From contig OZ242005.1 of NCBI GenBank assembly GCA_965204725.1, positions 3,584,001 to 3,648,000 on the forward strand: a stretch of 64,000 nt of DNA. Direction: 5' to 3'. This stretch comes from Candidatus Latescibacterota bacterium. GTDB lineage: Bacteria > Latescibacterota > UBA2968 > UBA8231. Position numbers and translations under genes: made by a program. This document shows, in pieces, positions 8,918 through 18,217 of the stretch. Numbering within the stretch: position 1 is the stretch's first letter; every line of letters starts with the position of its first letter. The notes beneath the pieces are model-generated. The model made no database searches. It saw only the letters and a list, made by a program, of their open reading frames with translations, and had not been told where the DNA came from.

Positions 8918-10699
8918 TTACTCGTATAGGTTTAACGCCCGCTGCCAGTCGCTTATCTGACGCCGGCGGTCGCGGTCAGTCGCCATGTCTATGGGTCGCC
9001 CGCGACCATCGAGCACGAGCCCTACGGCCCCACCGCGCACCCGCGCATTGAGCGCGTGGCCCGGGCCGGCACCCACATCCCACCGCCGCGCCGGCTGGAG
9101 TGCGATTTCGACCTCCTCGCCGTCGGCCAAGGGCAGCCACTGTAGCTCGCCGACCTCCAACTGGCCGGTTCGCCGCCCGCTGGGCAGGTCTAGTTCGTAT
9201 TGGAGGCACACCTCGCCGCCCTTGCCCGCGCCGACCGGGGCCACACACGTACCCAAGTAGATCAGGCAATCGCGCTCAAAAACCTCGGTGGCAGCCCGCT
9301 CGTCAACGGTCGAGAGCACCCCCAAGTGAGGCATCATAAAGATGCTATCGACCGCCAAGCGGGTGACGCCTTCGGGCTGGAAGGCATCTATGAGCATGGC
9401 GCAACTCTGCGCTCGGCGGGGCGCGTGCGAGAGTACGCCGCCGCTGCCGACTAGCATGTCCAGCGTCATCATCTCGACTAAACTCTCGCCGGTGGCACCC
9501 TGCTCAAAGACATCGGCCAGCGTGCGCTTGCTCTGCACCCCCTTTAATCCCACCGCCAACGCCCGGTGCTGGTCAAAGGCCAAGCGCAGGGCCTCGCGGG
9601 CAATGGCTTGCTCGACTTGCAGTTCCTGCATGAGCTGCGGGATGGTCGTCGGGCGGATCATCTTGTTTTTGATCCGGTCGCGGAGGTCGGCCTCCTCAAT
9701 GTCAAAGGGAACCCAGCGCATGATCTGGTCGAGGCCAGCCTCGGCCAGCACGTTGGCGACGCTATAGGACATGCCGAGGTTGGCGCTGACCGTGCGGTTG
9801 AACACGCCATCGAAAACGCTGAACACATCGGTCGTCGCTCCGCCAATATCTACGCCGACGACGTTGATTTCCTGCTGACGGGCAATGGTCTGCATGATCT
9901 GGCCTACGGCCCCGGGCGTGGGCATAATCGGCGCGCTGGTCCAGCCCATCAGCTTGCGGTAGCCCGGGGCCTGCGCCATGACGTGGTCGAGGAAGAGGTC
10001 GTGAATGACGTGCCGCGCCGGGTCCAGATTTTCCCTTTCGAGCACGGGGCGGATGTTCTCGGTAACGGTCAGGGCCATCTTGCCCCCTAGTGCTTTTTCG
10101 ACCTCCTCGCGTGCGTCTTTGTTACCCGCAAAAATAACCGGCAGCTTAAAGCCCGCGCCAAAGCGGGGCTTGGGGTCGGCCGCGCTGATGAATTCGGCCA
10201 ATTCGACCACGTGGCTGACCGTACCGCCATCCGTGCCGCCCGACAGCAGCACCATGTCGGGGCGCAACTGGCGGATGCGTTCTATTTTTTCGTGCGGCAA
10301 GCGCCCGTCGTTGGCCGCGAGCGCGTCCATGACGATGGCCCCGGCGCCCAAGGCGCAGCGCTGCGCGCTCTCGCCGGTCATCGCCAGCACCACGCCGGCC
10401 ACCACCATCTGCAACCCGCCGCCCGCACTGCTCGTCGAGATGTACATATCGGCCCCGACATCGCCAGCGGCTGGGGCAATAATCCGCTCGCCATCGAGAA
10501 TTTGCCGCCCGGACAGTTCCTCGACCTCTTGAATGGCGTTGAGCACCCCCCGGGTGACGTCCTCAAAGGGGGCCTCAACCGTGGTGGGGGCCTCGCCGCG
10601 AAAGGTCTGGCGATACCCCTCGTCCTTCTTTTCGATGAGGATCGCCTTCGTCGTCGTACTGCCGCAGTCCGTGGCGATAACTACGTTGAGGTCATCCAT
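8918..10699 (-). CDS. Glutamate mutase L (GlmL/MutL)-like actin-fold ASKHA ATPase with a C-terminal extension
   Basis: Phosphate-1 DCGSTTTK, SSAGGGL, LLSGGTDGG, phosphate-2 DIGGATTDVFS, RTVSANLGM, adenosine motif GSGGVL, C-terminal GLVLDGRGRP. Start set at ATG 10699, overlapping the upstream stop. Confidence 0.85.
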   Translation of the reverse strand: MDDLNVVIATDCGSTTTKAILIEKKDEGYRQTFRGEAPTTVEAPFEDVTRGVLNAIQEVEELSGRQILDGERIIAPAAGDVGADMYISTSSAGGGLQMVVAGVVLAMTGESAQRCALGAGAIVMDALAANDGRLPHEKIERIRQLRPDMVLLSGGTDGGTVSHVVELAEFISAADPKPRFGAGFKLPVIFAGNKDAREEVEKALGGKMALTVTENIRPVLERENLDPARHVIHDLFLDHVMAQAPGYRKLMGWTSAPIMPTPGAVGQIMQTIARQQEINVVGVDIGGATTDVFSVFDGVFNRTVSANLGMSYSVANVLAEAGLDQIMRWVPFDIEEADLRDRIKNKMIRPTTIPQLMQELQVEQAIAREALRLAFDQHRALAVGLKGVQSKRTLADVFEQGATGESLVEMMTLDMLVGSGGVLSHAPRRAQSCAMLIDAFQPEGVTRLAVDSIFMMPHLGVLSTVDERAATEVFERDCLIYLGTCVAPVGAGKGGEVCLQYELDLPSGRRTGQLEVGELQWLPLADGEEVEIALQPARRWDVGAGPGHALNARVRGGAVGLVLDGRGRPIDMATDRDRRRQISDWQRALNLYE

Positions 10700-11027
10700 G
10701 CTTTTGGCTTTCGCGCTGGGCAATGGCCTCTGCGAGCAAGTCTATGCACTGGCGGCGCTCCAACATGCGCGTAAAGCGCTGGTACTCGGTGCGCGAAAAA
10801 ACCAGCGTGGCAAACGGGGCCAAAAAGGCCAAGGCTTGGCTCCCCAAAAAGTTGAGCGGGCGACAGGCCTCCAGCGCCATGGCCGCAGCCGCTCCCATGC
10901 GGCGACTCACTATAAACTCGGCCAGCCGCTCGACGAGGGCGCGCTCGTCTTCAGACCAACCCGCCGCGGGGTCTTCGAGGGCAAAGGCGTGCCGCCACTG
11001 CGCTTTTAAGTTATTGAATCGGAACAT
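10692..11027 (-). CDS. Small conserved hypothetical protein (amphipathic or membrane-associated)
   Basis: ERLAEFIVSRRMG..ALEACRPLNFLGSQAL.FLAPF..YQRFTRMLERR; overlaps both neighbours. Confidence 0.65.
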   Translation of the reverse strand: MFRFNNLKAQWRHAFALEDPAAGWSEDERALVERLAEFIVSRRMGAAAAMALEACRPLNFLGSQALAFLAPFATLVFSRTEYQRFTRMLERRQCIDLLAEAIAQRESQKHG

Positions 11028-11427
11028 GGCACCGGACGAAACGCGCAACTTCTTCGCGGTTTTGATCGAAGCGCAAAAAAACGCCGCGAAAGGAATCGAG
11101 CCGACCCGGGCGGGCGGATGGACGCAAAAAAATGCCGTCTCGCTGTTCGTCAGCCCGGCGGAACTCCACCCAAAAACGGCGTTGTTTGAGGCCGAGGTGT
11201 TCGCTACGGATCCCTTCGCTGTTGAGTACGTAGCGCGTGGGAAAGAAATAGCGCGACAGCGAGGCGGTCAATGCTCCGAGTGAAAATAGTCCGTAAAACC
11301 AATGCTCAAAACCAACGGCCGCTGCCGCTGAGGAAGCGACGATCAGCGCGACCAACAGCATTGACTTGGCCGGCTTCTCTCGGCGCAGGGGGAGGCTCTC
11401 CCAGCGGAGGGTGTCTGCACAGGACAC
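11011..11427 (-). CDS. Small membrane protein (2 TM plus a small beta domain)
   Basis: LRWESLPLRREKP, two hydrophobic helices, then FFPTRYVLNSEGI..RLDSFRGVFLRF; sits 6 bp after the SBP gene. Confidence 0.65.
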   Translation of the reverse strand: MSCADTLRWESLPLRREKPAKSMLLVALIVASSAAAAVGFEHWFYGLFSLGALTASLSRYFFPTRYVLNSEGIRSEHLGLKQRRFWVEFRRADEQRDGIFLRPSARPGRLDSFRGVFLRFDQNREEVARFVRCHVPIQ

Positions 11428-11433
11428 GAGCTG

Positions 11434-13269
11434 CTAGTACATCTGCTCTTCCTGCGCGACCCACCAGTCTTGCAAGCGGACGCCGGGGGGATACCAAGTG
11501 ATGCCGCTGAAGCGGCGGCTGTAGGCTTGGGGCGAGCGCGGCTTCCACATGAAGGTGTATGGCTGTTCCTCGTGCAGGATTTCTTGAAAGCGGCGGTAGA
11601 GCGCGATGCGCTTGTCCGCGTCGAACTCGCGGCGATAGGACTCCAAGATGTGGTCCACTTCGTCGTTGATAAAGACTACGTGGTTGGAGCCGTTCTCTAC
11701 GGCTTGGGAGGAATGCCAGATCTGGTAGCCATCGGGCGCAAAGCGCAAACTGCCGGTCCAAGCCAGCACCGTGGCGTCGAAGTTTTTGCGCCTGATCCTT
11801 TGCAGAAAGATCGACCAGTCCAATTCGCGCACTCGGCAGTCAATGCCGATGTCTTGCAGCTCGTATTGGACCGTTAGGGCGATGTCTTTGCGGATCTGGT
11901 TGCCCGAATTGACCAAGATCTCAAAGCGAAACGGCACCAACTCCTCATCGATGACCTTGTCGAGGATGCCGTCCTCGTCGGCGTCTGCCCAGCCCGCCTC
12001 CGCGAGCAGGTCGAGGGCGCGGTCGGGGTCGTAGGGGTACGGCGCGAGGTCGTGGTTGTATTCGGGGCGGAATTTGTGAATCGGCCCCTCTACCGCCTCG
12101 GCCAAGCCGAACATGATGTTCTCCACCATGCCCTCGCGGTCCGTCAAATAGGTCATGGCTTGGCGCACCCGCTTATCGCCGAAAATCGGGTGGTTGTTGT
12201 TCCACCCGATGTACACATAGCCGCTGGAGTAGCTAACCCCTTTGAGGAAGCGGCGGTTAAAGTCGTCGGACCAGCTCTTTTCCCTGAATTCCAGCGGGCG
12301 CAAGCTGTGGTAATCGAGGTGGCCGTTGGTCAACTCAATGAACGCCGCGTCGGTGTTGTTGATGATCTTAAAAACCACCTTATCGACAAACCCGGGCGGC
12401 AGCAGCCCTTCGACATCCCGGCCCCAGTAGTTTGCATTCCGCGTCAGCACGACTTTCTGCTGAGTGACCAAATCGCGCTCTGGGTCTTCAATCCGGTACG
12501 GCCCCGACCCGAGGGCCTGGCGATTGAAGTTTTGGTTGAACTGCTCGGCAAAGCGCTGGACCCGGTCCTTGTGAGGCCCCGCCTCCCAAGAGCCATCCAC
12601 CAAGCTGGTGAGCTCGACCGGGTCCATCAGCCCCTCCGGGTCGTAGAAGTGTTTGGGCAGGATGGAAAAGCCGCCCAAGATCAAGTCGTTGCGGAAATAC
12701 GGCTCGCGGCAAAGGAAGCGAATTTTGTTGGTCTCTACGATCTGCACGTCGCGGACGGTGGCGTAGTAGTTGCGCAGGTGCGGAGCGAGTACTTGGGGAT
12801 TGTGGATGACCTTCATGCTGAAGACGACGTCCGCGGCCGTCAGCGGCTTGCCGTCTGAGAAGTAAACCCCATCGCGCAACTCAAACGTGTACGCGAGTTT
12901 GTCCGCGGAAACCTTCGGGTACTCTTTGGCGATCTGACCCCGCAGGTTGTACGGCGGATCGTGCTCGGCGTCGAGCAGGCCCTCAAAGATATGCTCCAGC
13001 ACCCTACTGGTGCCGGCATCGCTGGAGGTGTACGGGTTGAGTCTTTCGGGGTCGGACAGCAGATGGCGCACCATCCAGTCGCCGTGGGTGGGCTCGTCTT
13101 CCCCCTCGTAGCGCAGGGGTGCCTTCTCAGTGCCGTCGAGTACGACAATATCCTTGGTACTCATGAGGATTTTCTGCACCACCTCCCACGCCCCTTCCTC
13201 AGCGGCGGCATGGCCGACGACGCAAAGGGCCAACCAAGCGGCCACTACGGACATTCTACACTTAGGCAT
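11434..13269 (-). CDS. Peptide/oligopeptide-binding protein (ABC solute-binding family 5)
   Basis: Signal peptide; DPERLNPYTS, YTFELRDGVYFSDGKPLTAADVVFS, LGSGPY, RVRQAM, YDPDRALDLLAEAGWADADEDGILDK. Start ATG 13269 has SD AAGGAG. Confidence 0.9.
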   Translation of the reverse strand: MPKCRMSVVAAWLALCVVGHAAAEEGAWEVVQKILMSTKDIVVLDGTEKAPLRYEGEDEPTHGDWMVRHLLSDPERLNPYTSSDAGTSRVLEHIFEGLLDAEHDPPYNLRGQIAKEYPKVSADKLAYTFELRDGVYFSDGKPLTAADVVFSMKVIHNPQVLAPHLRNYYATVRDVQIVETNKIRFLCREPYFRNDLILGGFSILPKHFYDPEGLMDPVELTSLVDGSWEAGPHKDRVQRFAEQFNQNFNRQALGSGPYRIEDPERDLVTQQKVVLTRNANYWGRDVEGLLPPGFVDKVVFKIINNTDAAFIELTNGHLDYHSLRPLEFREKSWSDDFNRRFLKGVSYSSGYVYIGWNNNHPIFGDKRVRQAMTYLTDREGMVENIMFGLAEAVEGPIHKFRPEYNHDLAPYPYDPDRALDLLAEAGWADADEDGILDKVIDEELVPFRFEILVNSGNQIRKDIALTVQYELQDIGIDCRVRELDWSIFLQRIRRKNFDATVLAWTGSLRFAPDGYQIWHSSQAVENGSNHVVFINDEVDHILESYRREFDADKRIALYRRFQEILHEEQPYTFMWKPRSPQAYSRRFSGITWYPPGVRLQDWWVAQEEQMY

Positions 13270-13279
13270 ATTCTCTCCT

Positions 13280-14200
13280 TCACACAAACGTCAACCATCC
13301 GTGCCGATCCTCAACTTCGACGCGAACCACGGCGAAAAAGCCCTTTTGGATCTGCGCGGTGATCGGCCCGCACTTGCCGCAGCCGATCGGCACTTGGTCT
13401 ATGGCGCGGATCGGCGTGATTTCGGCCGCCGTACCCGTGAAAAATACCTCGTCGGCGATGTAGAGGAACTCGCGCGGAATTCCGCGTTGCTCGACCCGCA
13501 TCCCCAGATCGCGGATCAGGGTAATGGCGGTGTGGCGGGTGACCCCCGGCAGGATGGCAAAATTAGACGCGGGGGTATAGATCGAGCCGTTTTTGATCAC
13601 AAAGAGGTTCTCGCCGCTGCCCTCGCTGACCAATCCATCCGTTCCCAAGACAATGCCCTCGTCGTAGCCGTTCATATTGGCTTCAATCCGCACGAGCTGG
13701 GAGTTGAGGTAGTTGCCGCCGGCCTTGGCCAAGGCCGGAAACGTATTCGGTGCCATGCGATTCCACGACGAGGTGCAGACCGAAACGCCGTTTTTGAGCG
13801 CGGCCTCGCCGAGGTACTCTCCCCACTCCCAAACGGCGATTACTACGTCAACCGGGCACTCCATCGGATCAACTCCGAGGTTGTCGTAGCCGCGGAAGAC
13901 GACCGGGCGGATGTAGCAAGCCGCGAGTTGATTGACGCGGATCGTCTCGAGGATGGCCTCGCTGATTTCCGCTGGCGTATAGGGAATTTCCATGCGGTAG
14001 ATCTTGGCGGAGTCAAACAGCCTGTTGACGTGCTCGTCGAGGCGGAATACGGCCGAGCCTTTCGCCGTCTTATAACAGCGAATGCCTTCAAAGACGCTCG
14101 ATCCGTAGTGTACTACATGGGAGAGCACGTGGATCTTGGCGTCATCCCAATCGACCAATTGGCCATTGAACCAAATTTTATCGCATTTGGGTAGGGGCAT
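13280..14200 (-). CDS. ilvE: Branched-chain amino acid aminotransferase
   Basis: [40 protein letters not shown] (PLP lysine), [30 protein letters not shown]; start ATG 14200 with SD AAGGAG. Confidence 0.95.
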   Translation of the reverse strand: MPLPKCDKIWFNGQLVDWDDAKIHVLSHVVHYGSSVFEGIRCYKTAKGSAVFRLDEHVNRLFDSAKIYRMEIPYTPAEISEAILETIRVNQLAACYIRPVVFRGYDNLGVDPMECPVDVVIAVWEWGEYLGEAALKNGVSVCTSSWNRMAPNTFPALAKAGGNYLNSQLVRIEANMNGYDEGIVLGTDGLVSEGSGENLFVIKNGSIYTPASNFAILPGVTRHTAITLIRDLGMRVEQRGIPREFLYIADEVFFTGTAAEITPIRAIDQVPIGCGKCGPITAQIQKGFFAVVRVEVEDRHGWLTFV

Positions 14201-14281
14201 GCAGAACATCTCCTTGGGCAAGTATGCGAGTAATTAAGGTAACACCACTGCGAAATCGTTACCAGTGTTAAGGTTAAGCTA

Positions 14282-16252
14282 CTACAGCGAGCGCGTATAG
14301 GTCACCGCAAAGCTGTCGAACGTGCCGCTGCGCTGGTGATTGCGGCTGCCTCGTACGGTGAGCTTGTTGTCGCTGCCGACCGGGTTGTAGTTGAGGTTCG
14401 CCGATAGGGTCCGATGCCTATTGCGGCGGTTGAGGGAGCGCGGCTGGGCGAGCGCAGCGTAGTCGTAATCCCACTGGCGGGCCAGCTTGTAGGTGTAGCT
14501 CGCGCCGGCCGAGTAGTCGGCACTGGGCGAGTAGGTCATGCCGAAGCGGAGGGAGTAGCGGGCGTTTTCCTCTTCGACAATCTGGGCCCCGTTTTCCAAG
14601 ATCAAGGCGCCGTCATCGTCGGCCGAGTACTCGTAGCGGGCGTTGACCGAGAGGTCGTCGTCAATTTTGCGCCGGAGCGCGTGTGACATGCTCCAGCCGC
14701 GGCGGATTTTGCTTTTGCGCGACGACTCGCGGCTGTTGACTTGGCGGTCGAAATCAAAAATAGTGCGCTTGGCGGACACGCTGAACCGATGCGAAAAGGA
14801 CGCCCCCAAGCGCTCGTAATTGGTGCCGATATTGAGCGAGAGGTCGCGGTTGCGCGAGTTGTTCCCGGCGCGGGTGGCGTGCAGGTTCACGCGGTGCAAA
14901 AAGCTGTTTTTGAGATCGACGCGCAGCTTGGCCCCCGAGCGCAGCGTGCCGTTGTAGCTGAGGGTAATGCTGTTGTTAAAGGTGTCGCGGTCCTGATCGG
15001 GCCTCCCCGGGTTTTCCGAGCGTTTGATGTCGCCAAAGGTCGTCAGCCGCAGCGAGTGTGCATCGGATAGGGGCCAGTTAAGCGAGCCGTTGAGAAAGAG
15101 GTTGCGGTCGCTCAGGTCAGAGGTTGGGTCGCGGCACGTTCCGTCCGCCGAGCGCGTGAAGTGGCTGTCGCAGCGGCTGGTATCGAGCACCCGCACCGCC
15201 AGCCGGCGCACGTCGCTGCCCTTGAAGCGCACGTTGGCGGTGAAGATCAGCTTCTCGATTAGCTTGCCCGAAAGGGAGGCGTCCCAGCTAAAGTTCTCGC
15301 TGAGGCGGTCCTTGCCGAAGAAGCGGTTGTTTAAGTCTTGGGCCGCGTTGGCAGTGTTGGTGTGCTCGTTCTGGCTATAAGAGGCGCGGTTTTTGATCTT
15401 GAATCGCCCTAGATCGAACTCCACGTTGGAGGATAGGCTGGTGCCGCGCGTTTCTGATAGCTCGGCGCTGACTACCGTATCGCGCACCGCGGTTTCCCCT
15501 ACTATGTCCTCGCTGATGATGCGGCGCGGGAGGCCGCGCTGCGAGCGATTCTCAGACATGCTCAGACCAACGCGGATGTCGCCGGGGAAGGTATAGCTCA
15601 CGTTGCCGCTCAGTCGGTCGCTGCGATTCTTGTTGTGCTCGAGCGTATCGTCCGTTTTGCTCAGCGAAATCGAGTTGCTCAGTTTTTTGCCGGCAATCTC
15701 GACATCGGGCGAGACCCTCAGCGAAGCATTGTAGCGGATCCCGGTTTCCTTGATGGTGCTGTCGAGGTTGGCGCGGGTAGCGCGGGTGGCCGTGATTAGG
15801 CTCGGGGTTAGGTTCGCACTCAGGCTCTTGAACGGGCCGCTGCTCAATGGCTTGGACCTAAATCCAAAGTTAAAAGACTGGCTGCGCGTCTTCTGCTTTT
15901 GGAGCGTTACGTTGCGCGTACTCATGGTGGCGCCGAGGCTGATGGTGGCCTTTGGACCGAGAATGGGATAGTTGATCGAAGTTCGGCCCGAGGCATTGTC
16001 CTGCCAACTCTTGCCGCCGCTACGATCGTCGAGGGTAAACCCCATGTTCGCCGAGGCGGTAATCGTCAGCTTGGAAGTCGAGTCCCCCACCGCTGAAAAA
16101 CGCACGGGCGTCGAATAGTTCCAGCTAGGCAATCGGTGGTTCCAAGAGGTTCGGCTGCTGGAGCGGCTGAAGTTGAGCGAGTATTGCTGGGCATCGGCCA
16201 CCGCCCAGGCAGCCAAGACGAGCCAACCCACGTGCCACAAGACCGGCTTCAC
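14282..16252 (-). CDS. Putative large outer-membrane beta-barrel protein of unknown function
   Basis: GTG start overlapping the rsmA stop gives a signal peptide (MKPVLWHVGWLVLAAWAVADA). The rest is S/T/N/R-rich with alternating hydrophobic strand pattern throughout and ends FDSFAVTYTRSL. Confidence 0.6.
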   Translation of the reverse strand: MKPVLWHVGWLVLAAWAVADAQQYSLNFSRSSSRTSWNHRLPSWNYSTPVRFSAVGDSTSKLTITASANMGFTLDDRSGGKSWQDNASGRTSINYPILGPKATISLGATMSTRNVTLQKQKTRSQSFNFGFRSKPLSSGPFKSLSANLTPSLITATRATRANLDSTIKETGIRYNASLRVSPDVEIAGKKLSNSISLSKTDDTLEHNKNRSDRLSGNVSYTFPGDIRVGLSMSENRSQRGLPRRIISEDIVGETAVRDTVVSAELSETRGTSLSSNVEFDLGRFKIKNRASYSQNEHTNTANAAQDLNNRFFGKDRLSENFSWDASLSGKLIEKLIFTANVRFKGSDVRRLAVRVLDTSRCDSHFTRSADGTCRDPTSDLSDRNLFLNGSLNWPLSDAHSLRLTTFGDIKRSENPGRPDQDRDTFNNSITLSYNGTLRSGAKLRVDLKNSFLHRVNLHATRAGNNSRNRDLSLNIGTNYERLGASFSHRFSVSAKRTIFDFDRQVNSRESSRKSKIRRGWSMSHALRRKIDDDLSVNARYEYSADDDGALILENGAQIVEEENARYSLRFGMTYSPSADYSAGASYTYKLARQWDYDYAALAQPRSLNRRNRHRTLSANLNYNPVGSDNKLTVRGSRNHQRSGTFDSFAVTYTRSL

Positions 16253-17076
16253 GGCTCTTCCTTTCCCAAGCGTGAGCAGGCGTCGCTCAGCCGGATGAAT
16301 TCTTCTATCGACAACTCCTCCGGGCGGCGCGTTAGGTCGATTCCCGCCTGTTGGGCCACCTCTTTTAGCCAAGGCCGCCCGCCTGCGGGGTTGAGGCCGA
16401 GGAGCGAGTTGCGCAGCATCTTGCGCCGCTGGCCAAAGGCTCGGCGCACCAAGCGGTCAAACCCAGTCACGTCCTGTACTGCGTAGCGGAGCTTGGGGGC
16501 AAAGCGCAACTCAACTACGGACGAATCCACAGCCGGGACCGGTCGGAAGCAGTCGCGGCCCACCTGCAAGCGCAGCTCTGCTTCGGCGCGCAGGGCTACC
16601 AGCACGGACAACAGGCTGTAATCCTTTGATCCGGGACGGGCGACTAAGCGCTGAGCCACTTCGCGTTGGACCATGACGATGGCCCGGCTGATGCAATCGG
16701 CGTGGGCGAGGAGGTGAAAGATCAGCGGAGCAGTGATGTTGTAGGGAAGATTGCCGACCATCAGCAGCCGGCATCCGCCCGCGGCCCGCAAGACCTCCCT
16801 GAGATCGATCTGCAGAATATCTCCTTCAATCAAGTCTAGCTTACTCGTGCTTAGGCGCGTACGTAGCAAGGCCACCAAGTCGCGGTCGATTTCTACGGCC
16901 ACTAGGCGGTCCACAACAGCGAGCAGTGCCTCGGTCAACGCCCCTCGACCTGGGCCGATCTCGACGACCACCTCGCCAGTGGCCGGGCGCACCAGCTCCG
17001 CAATGGCCTCTGTAACCTCCCGGGCGACGAGGAAGTGCTGGGCGAAGCGCGGTCGCGGGCGGCGAGCATCTACCAA
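16249..17076 (-). CDS. rsmA: 16S rRNA adenine(1518/1519) dimethyltransferase KsgA
   Basis: FAQHFL, VVEIGPGRGALT, VEIDRDL, VGNLPYNIT, MVQREVAQRL, F.PVPAVDS, FGQRRKMLRNSL. Confidence 0.95.
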   Translation of the reverse strand: MVDARRPRPRFAQHFLVAREVTEAIAELVRPATGEVVVEIGPGRGALTEALLAVVDRLVAVEIDRDLVALLRTRLSTSKLDLIEGDILQIDLREVLRAAGGCRLLMVGNLPYNITAPLIFHLLAHADCISRAIVMVQREVAQRLVARPGSKDYSLLSVLVALRAEAELRLQVGRDCFRPVPAVDSSVVELRFAPKLRYAVQDVTGFDRLVRRAFGQRRKMLRNSLLGLNPAGGRPWLKEVAQQAGIDLTRRPEELSIEEFIRLSDACSRLGKEEP

Positions 17077-18209
17077 CGCCGCACCCTCGCCAAGCTAGGG
17101 TCAGGCGGCGGTTCCAGCGCGGAGCCTCCGCGGCGCAAGCCGCGCCACAGGTCGGTCAGCACTAGCTGCGGACTCGCGTTGTGCCCCAAGGTCGCGGCGG
17201 CGCGGTCCATCTCTAAGGCCGCTTGGGCCGCGTCTATTTTATTGAGCAGGTTTTCTAAATAAGGACGTCGATCTACTTGGATGACCGACTCGGCGCGGCC
17301 GTGTGCCAGCAGGAAGAGATCGCGTAGATACAGGCCGCAGACTTGCAAAAAACGCTCTAGCTGGGCGCGATCGGCCCCCAATTCGTGGAGGACGCTCCAA
17401 TAGACCTCGTCTTGTTGCTCTGAGCCGCCGGTGAGAAACGACTCAACCAACCGTCGCGTTCCGTCAAACTCCCCAGCCGCCACCTCTTTGGCCTGCTGCA
17501 ACGAACCCGCTCCCATGCGCACGGCAAGCTCTAGGCGATCCTCGGCCACGCCCTCCTGTTCGAGCTGCGCCCGCAAGGTCGCGGGATCTAAGGGACTCAA
17601 AATCATGCGCTGACAGCGCGAGAGCACGGTGGGCAAAAGGCGCTCCGGCGCCGCCGAAACCAGCGCGACGACCGCCCGGGCTGGCGGCTCTTCCAAGAGC
17701 TTGAGCAGCGAATTGGCACCGGCCGGGTGCATCCGCTCGGCGGCGAAGATCAGGCCGACTTTGCGCGGCGATTCGGTCGGCGCAAACGCCAACTCCTTTT
17801 GCAACAGGCGCAGGTAGTCAACCGCGATATTGGCATTGCTGGGCAGCGCGGCACTCGCGCCGCGGACGTACTCTATTGCGAACTCGCGCAAGTCCGCCAG
17901 CGAAGGTTTTTGCTTGCTTCGGCTAGGCGGGCGCGGCAATGCGATGTGGAGGTCGGGGTGCATGAACGAGGCGACTTTGCGGCAGCTCGGGCAGCGGTTG
18001 CAGGCCGCAGGGCCGCTGCCAGTGCATAACAAGGCTTTCGCCCATGTGATCGCAAAGTTCCGTTTGCCGATGCCCTCGGCCCCGCAGATGAGAACCGCAT
18101 GGGGAATGCGGCCCGATTCGAGCCAAGCTGCGGCCACGGCCCCAGCCCGATCGCGACGAGCCAGCTCGCTAAACTCCTCGGAGTGCGGGGTGCCGCTCAT
18201 GCTGTACAA
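17070..18209 (-). CDS. holB: DNA polymerase III delta-prime subunit
   Basis: RIPHAVLICGAEGIGK, Zn motif C..ACNRCPSC, HPDL, ANSLLKLLEEPP, LLPTVLSRCQ. Confidence 0.88.
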   Translation of the reverse strand: MYSMSGTPHSEEFSELARRDRAGAVAAAWLESGRIPHAVLICGAEGIGKRNFAITWAKALLCTGSGPAACNRCPSCRKVASFMHPDLHIALPRPPSRSKQKPSLADLREFAIEYVRGASAALPSNANIAVDYLRLLQKELAFAPTESPRKVGLIFAAERMHPAGANSLLKLLEEPPARAVVALVSAAPERLLPTVLSRCQRMILSPLDPATLRAQLEQEGVAEDRLELAVRMGAGSLQQAKEVAAGEFDGTRRLVESFLTGGSEQQDEVYWSVLHELGADRAQLERFLQVCGLYLRDLFLLAHGRAESVIQVDRRPYLENLLNKIDAAQAALEMDRAAATLGHNASPQLVLTDLWRGLRRGGSALEPPPDPSLARVRRW

Positions 18210-18217
18210 GCCAATCC

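Noticed and set aside
8918-10699. Calling this locus a glutamate/methylaspartate mutase pathway, or DNA mismatch-repair MutL
   Set aside because: No mutase S/E subunits or B12-binding motif in the window; the motifs are ASKHA (actin-like), not the GHKL motifs of repair MutL.
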